Assembly (NCBI GenBank): GCA_040754495.1
Contig: JBFMCO010000053.1
Span: 1 to 40,454, forward strand
DNA: 40,454 bases
Direction of reading: 5' to 3'
Source: Candidatus Micrarchaeota archaeon
Lineage (GTDB): Archaea > Micrarchaeota > Micrarchaeia > Anstonellales > Bilamarchaeaceae
Under the pieces are notes generated by a model. It was not told the DNA's origin. It made no database searches and saw only the letters and a list, made by a program, of their open reading frames with translations. Positions 36,043-40,454 of this stretch are shown one piece after another. The stretch's first letter is position 1. Each line of letters opens with the position of its first letter. Both the position numbers and the translations under genes were made by a program.

Positions 36043-37227
36043 ATGGACGCCGTTCAGATACTAAACTACGCAATCGCCTTCTTCTCCCTCTTCACCCTAA
36101 ACGTCTTCATACTCCTCTACCTGAAGCACCGCAGGGACTACGAGAAGCCGGTGAAGAAGACCGGCTGGACGCCCCGCGTGTCCATAGTGATGCCTGCATA
36201 TAACGAGGAGAAGTATATCGTGCCGTCCATACGCACCCTCCTCGAACTCGACTACCCGGGGGACTTGCTCGAAATCATCATAGTGGACGACGGCTCCACA
36301 GACAACACGTACAAGGTCGCGAAGGCATTCGAAAGCCCCTCGCTCCATGTGTTCAGGAAGGAGAACGGCGGCAAGGGCGCGGCCCTCAACTTCGGCCTGA
36401 GGCAAGCCCGGGGCGAGCTTGTCGCGACCATGGATGCGGATTCCTACGTGGCGAAAGACACCATCAGCCAGCTCATACCGTATTTCGAGGACAAGGATGT
36501 CATGGCGGTGACGCCTGCCGTGAAGATAAAGCAGAGCGACTCCTGGCTCAAGGAGTTCCAGCGCGTGGAATACCTCATGATACTGTTCTCCCGCAAGCTC
36601 CTCAGCTTCATAGACTCGGTCCCGGTGACCCCGGGCCCGTTCAGCATGTTCAGGCGCGCTGTCTTCGACAAGGTCGGATTCTTCGACGAGAAGAACCTGG
36701 TCGAGGACCAGGAAATCGCCCTGCGCATCCAGGCCGCGAACTTCAAGATAAAGAGCTCCATGACCGCCGATGTCTATACAGAGCCCCCGGACAACATGTC
36801 GGACCTCATAACCCAGCGCGTGCGCTGGCAGAGGGGCGGCATAAGGAACTACTGGAAATACCGCGGCATGATAAAGCCGGAATACGGGGATTTCGGGATG
36901 TACTTCGTGCCCCTGAATTTTGCCGCCCTCACCGCGTTCTTCGTCATCCTCGGCCTTCTCATATACTCCGTAGTGACGACGCCCTACTACTACCAGTACG
37001 TCTGGTTCGAGACGCTCGGGATGCAGGTTAACCTCGTGACGTTCGTGGGGGCGTTCGTGGTCATAACCTCCACGCTGTTCCTCTATCTTGCCATAAGGAG
37101 CTTCCGGGGGGAGCAGGTCAAGCTGCGCTACCTCGCGTCCTTCCTCCTCTTCTACTGGTACCTGATGGTGGGCTACAACGTCCTCTTCCTGCTCAAGGAG
37201 CTGAAGCGGGAGGGGTATTCCTGGTGA
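36043..37227 (+). CDS. Processive membrane GT2 (PgaC/IcaA/cellulose-synthase-like)
   Basis: DDGSTD, GKGAALN, DADS, TPGP, VED, QRVRW (QxxRW); N- and C-terminal TMs. Confidence 0.9.
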   Translation: MDAVQILNYAIAFFSLFTLNVFILLYLKHRRDYEKPVKKTGWTPRVSIVMPAYNEEKYIVPSIRTLLELDYPGDLLEIIIVDDGSTDNTYKVAKAFESPSLHVFRKENGGKGAALNFGLRQARGELVATMDADSYVAKDTISQLIPYFEDKDVMAVTPAVKIKQSDSWLKEFQRVEYLMILFSRKLLSFIDSVPVTPGPFSMFRRAVFDKVGFFDEKNLVEDQEIALRIQAANFKIKSSMTADVYTEPPDNMSDLITQRVRWQRGGIRNYWKYRGMIKPEYGDFGMYFVPLNFAALTAFFVILGLLIYSVVTTPYYYQYVWFETLGMQVNLVTFVGAFVVITSTLFLYLAIRSFRGEQVKLRYLASFLLFYWYLMVGYNVLFLLKELKREGYSW

Positions 37228-37228
37228 T

Positions 37229-37879
37229 ATGCTGGAGCGAAAAATCAGCGTTTCCGTCTATGCGGCCGCGTTCGTGATATCGCTGGCCATCTTCATACTG
37301 GGCGTCTACATAGGCTCGGTCTTCGACTCCTCCAGCCTCAGCGGCCTTTCGGAGGAGGTCTCGACGATAGAAACTAAGGTGGCATCGGTCCAGCTCCTCA
37401 TGCTGAGCGAGGGCAACTCGTCCGCCTTCTGCCCGGTCTACCTTTCCGAGCTGGACTCCATAGAGAGCGAAATCGAGCGCATAGGCCACAAGCTCACGTT
37501 CCTCGAGGACAAGAACGTTTTCGACGACGAGCTGAAGAGGAAATACTTCGTGCTCGAGGCGGAGTCCTACCTGCTCTCGAAGAAGGTGAAAAGCCTCTGC
37601 GGCGAAGGCAGCGTGCTCCTAATCCATTTCTATTCGAACAAGAACTGCCCGCGCTGCAGGGACCAGGGCACCGAGATACTGAAAGCCCGCGACGCTCTTG
37701 ACGGCATTATCGACGTGAAGCTCTTCTCCTTCGACGGCGAGCTGGACTCGCCGGTCGCGGAAGCCTTCGAGGCGCAGTACAACGTCAGCGGCTACCCGAC
37801 GGTGGTAATCGGCGAGAAGGCCTATCCTGGCTACCGGACCAGCGAAGAGCTGCAGTCCCTCATAAAGGCGGCAGGATGA
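37229..37879 (+). CDS. Hypothetical membrane-anchored protein with C-terminal thioredoxin-like CxxC
   Basis: N-terminal TM, helical middle region, FYSNKNCPRC and YNVSGYPTVVI (cis-Pro-like). Confidence 0.75.
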   Translation: MLERKISVSVYAAAFVISLAIFILGVYIGSVFDSSSLSGLSEEVSTIETKVASVQLLMLSEGNSSAFCPVYLSELDSIESEIERIGHKLTFLEDKNVFDDELKRKYFVLEAESYLLSKKVKSLCGEGSVLLIHFYSNKNCPRCRDQGTEILKARDALDGIIDVKLFSFDGELDSPVAEAFEAQYNVSGYPTVVIGEKAYPGYRTSEELQSLIKAAG

Positions 37880-38127
37880 TTGTGGAAGTCAGCGTCAGGC
37901 CCGGCGCGAGGCGCTTCTCGCTCGCCTCGAAGGGCGGCCGCCTCGTCGCGGAACTCGAGAGCGAACCGGAGAACAACAAGGCGAACATCGAGCTCGTGTC
38001 GGGGCTGTCGAAACTTCTTGGAAAGCCCGTGCGGCTGATTGCAGGGCACAAGGCCCGGCGGAAAAAGCTCTCGGTGGACATAAGCGAAGCCGAATGGGTC
38101 GAATTCCTCGCCCGGCTCCCTCCCTGA
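37876..38127 (+). CDS. DUF167/YggU (UPF0235) family protein
   Basis: VSVRPGA, SEPENNKANIELV, LIAGHKARRK. Confidence 0.85.
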   Translation: MIVEVSVRPGARRFSLASKGGRLVAELESEPENNKANIELVSGLSKLLGKPVRLIAGHKARRKKLSVDISEAEWVEFLARLPP

Positions 38128-38156
38128 TTTTAAACAGTACGCCATGAAATACAACC

Positions 38157-38643
38157 ATGGCTGGAGCGAAGGTCGTCGTGCTGGCGGAGGAGAAGGCGCT
38201 GCGCAGTCCTTCCGGCGGAGAGCTTCTGCAGGAGCCTTTGCAGGGGCGGGCTTCCAATCTGGGTGCGGACCGGCAATCCCGCGCATCTGGCAAGCCTCTT
38301 CAGGCTGCTCTCAGAGGAGTTCCGCTGCGCAGGCTTCGATATCGTCACCGGCAGCCTGCAGGCCGACCCGCACCCCGCGCTCAACATCCTTTCATCATTC
38401 GAGGTCCATATGAAAAGAACAAATCCGCGCGAGCCCGAGCCGCTTTGCACCGTGAGCATTTACGGCGAGGGAAAGGCCGCCTCGCTCCTCAAGCTCAACC
38501 CTGATTTCCCGGGCGCCTCAGAGGCGCTCCGGAACGTCCTCGCAAAGGCCAACGAGCGCAATCTCCTCGCTTCCTGCCCCGGGGAGAAGAAGGATTATGA
38601 GATCTCCATCAGGGAGCAGGCCTTTGAAGGTCCGGTCCGATGA
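38157..38643 (+). pseudogene. Hypothetical protein, probably split by a 1-nt frameshift near 38215-38222
   Basis: TATA (TTTTAAA, 38128-38134) precedes ATG 38157 with host-like codons; a +1 frame without its own ATG stays open to 38643. Confidence 0.45.
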
Positions 38644-38687
38644 ACCATTAAAAATACTCTTCACGCAATATCCCCGGTGATAATAAA

Positions 38688-39272
38688 ATGGCTGAAGCTG
38701 ATTTGCTCCTTGGGCTCGGATTGCTACCGGTCCTCCTTTGCGTGGGCGGCCTCGGGCTGCTCCTCATCCTCTACGTAGTCGCGACGTACAATAGGCTTGT
38801 CAGCCTGAGGAACCGCGTGGACAACGCCTGGGCCCAGATAGACGTCCAGCTCAAGAGGCGCTACGACCTCATCCCGAACCTGCTCGAGACCGTGAAGGGG
38901 TACATGAAGCACGAGAAGGAGACGCTCGAGAACATAACCAAGTACAGGGCGCAGCTCGTCACAGGCAGCGTGGAGGACCGGGCCAAGGCAAACAACATGC
39001 TCACCCAGGCCCTCAAGTCCGTTTTCGCGGTGGCCGAGAACTACCCCAAGCTCGAGGCCAGCTCGAACTTCAAGCTGCTCCAGGAGGAGCTTGCGGGGAC
39101 GGAGAACAAAATCGCCTACATCCGGACCGCGTACAACGACTCGGTGCTCGAATACGACAATGCGCTCGAGATGTTCCCGAGCAGCATCATCGCCGGCACG
39201 TTCGGCTTCAAGGCCAAGCCGTACTTCGAGGCCCCTGAAGCGGAGAAGGAAGCGCCGAAAGTGAAGTTCTGA
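38688..39272 (+). CDS. lemA: LemA family protein
   Basis: [49 protein letters not shown]. Confidence 0.95.
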   Translation: MAEADLLLGLGLLPVLLCVGGLGLLLILYVVATYNRLVSLRNRVDNAWAQIDVQLKRRYDLIPNLLETVKGYMKHEKETLENITKYRAQLVTGSVEDRAKANNMLTQALKSVFAVAENYPKLEASSNFKLLQEELAGTENKIAYIRTAYNDSVLEYDNALEMFPSSIIAGTFGFKAKPYFEAPEAEKEAPKVKF

Positions 39273-39320
39273 TTTGTCCGTTTGCCTCGCCTCCGGCTCG
39301 GCACGGACAGAGCGGATACC

Positions 39321-40211
39321 ATGGCAGAACACATTAGCTTCTTCGACGCCATCGAGGCGAACAAGCGCAACTCCTACCTCCTGATAGCCCTGATGTTCGC
39401 CATATTCATGGGCTGCGTCTGGGCCATCTCCTACATCCTCGACATCGGCCTCTGCGGGCCAATCCTCGGCTTCTTCGCCCTGCTCCTCTACACGGTGACG
39501 GTGTATTTCGCAGGGGACGGCATAATCCTGGCCCTCAGCGGGGCCAAAGAGGCGAAGCGCGAGCAGTATCCTTTCCTCTACAACGTGGCCGAGGGCCTCG
39601 CGCTCGCGTCCCAGATACCTATGCCGAAGCTTTACGTGATAGAGGACCCTGCCCCGAATGCATTCGCCACGGGAAGGGACCCGAAGCACGCCTCGGTTGC
39701 GGTCACCACCGGCCTGCTCCAGATGATGAAGCGGGAGGAGCTGGAGGGCGTAATTGCGCACGAGATGTCCCACATAGCCAACTACGACATCCGCTTCGCG
39801 ATGATTGCCGTGGTCTTCGCCGGGGCAATCGCGCTCCTTGGCGATTTCGCCTGGCGCATGATGTGGCTCGGCGGCGGGCGGGGCGGCAGGCGCGACCGCG
39901 GAGGAGGCGGCCTAGTGCTCATTGCGCTGGTTTTCGTGATTCTCGCGCCCATTTTCGCCCAGGTCGTGCGCTTCGCGCTCTCCAGGCAGAGGGAATTCCT
40001 TGCCGATGCCAACGGGGCGAGGCTCACCCGCTATCCGGAGGGCCTTGCGAGCGCCCTGGAGAAAATCGGGAAGGCGGGCCTGACGACAAGGGCCGCGAAC
40101 GACACCACGGCCTCGCTGTTCTTCTCGAACCCGTTCCCGCAGAAAATCGGCTTTTTGGGCTCGACGCACCCGCCAATCGATGAGCGAGTGAAGCGGCTGC
40201 GGGCGATGTGA
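39321..40211 (+). CDS. htpX: M48 zinc metalloprotease HtpX
   Basis: PNAFATGRDP, HEMSH zinc motif, SRQREFLADA, THPP; follows lemA. Confidence 0.93.
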   Translation: MAEHISFFDAIEANKRNSYLLIALMFAIFMGCVWAISYILDIGLCGPILGFFALLLYTVTVYFAGDGIILALSGAKEAKREQYPFLYNVAEGLALASQIPMPKLYVIEDPAPNAFATGRDPKHASVAVTTGLLQMMKREELEGVIAHEMSHIANYDIRFAMIAVVFAGAIALLGDFAWRMMWLGGGRGGRRDRGGGGLVLIALVFVILAPIFAQVVRFALSRQREFLADANGARLTRYPEGLASALEKIGKAGLTTRAANDTTASLFFSNPFPQKIGFLGSTHPPIDERVKRLRAM

Positions 40212-40341
40212 AATCAATCTATCGTCGCCTTGTATTTTACCGTTCCTTTGACCGGGATGGCGTCGTGTTCCAGCATCACAGTATGCACTGGGCAGCCGCA
40301 GCTCCTGTTCTCAGGCTCCCTGCATTTTTTAATGCCTAATT

Positions 40342-40454
40342 CCACCGGTCTGTGACCGGTGGTCGGAACATACTTATCACTAAAGGATAAAAATCACGTC
40401 GGTAGCCGGCGGGCCGCAAAGCGGCCCGAGGCCCTCCACGAGAGGTGGCTACCG
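40342..40454. other. Structured non-coding segment at the window end
   Basis: CCACCGGTC-TGT-GACCGGTGG (40342-40362); CGGTAGCC/GGCTACCG (40400-40454) encloses CGGGCCGC-AAA-GCGGCCCG and a second small stem. Confidence 0.65.

Noticed and set aside
9039-39773. Many long antisense or alternate-frame ORFs (e.g. 9039..10004, 10966..12231, 11338..12528, 16070..17179, 35154..36038, 38724..39773)
   Set aside because: They are shadows of well-supported genes, expected from GC-rich third positions, and show no recognisable motifs.
40214-40345. 43-codon minus-strand ORF from GTG 40345 (MELGIKKCREPENRSCGCPVH...)
   Set aside because: Short, no RBS, atypical codon usage, and it starts inside a hairpin; not supportable as a gene.
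1-40454. CRISPR array, tRNA or rRNA genes
   Set aside because: I saw no repeat-spacer periodicity, T-loop/acceptor-stem pattern or rRNA signature by eye; tRNAscan-SE and Rfam were not run.

Overview
GC-rich, very compact archaeal chromosomal window. A DPANN, Micrarchaeota-like origin is my inference from the gene set and layout; I did not test it. From left to right it contains: a truncated purP; a translationally coupled operon placing pheS among three uncharacterised membrane or surface proteins; a TRAM gene; a solo tnpB (IS200/IS605 superfamily) broken by a G10 tract; mrp and a HAD hydrolase; and a minus-strand operon of type IV pilus ATPase, TadC-like protein, PAP2 phosphatase, polyprenol kinase and D-aminoacyl-tRNA deacylase. 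Next is a ~23 kb surface-glycan locus with rfbH/rfbF/rfbG plus rmlD/rmlC-like genes, ugd-uxs, four paralogous GT2s, three GT4s, an FkbM methyltransferase, a flippase, an A24 prepilin peptidase and a processive GT2. The window ends with a thioredoxin-fold membrane protein, DUF167, and lemA-htpX. The strongest leads are: (1) a CDP-3,6-dideoxyhexose, ascarylose-type pathway in an archaeon that lacks the E3 reductase; (2) a dispersed family of degenerate heptamer arrays (NNNCCGG units) in intergenic DNA and inside genes, twice followed by strong hairpins; (3) a catalytically intact tnpB with a homopolymer frameshift and a recognisable right end and guide. I saw no CRISPR array, rRNA or tRNA. All family calls come from motifs recognised by eye; no database searches were run.
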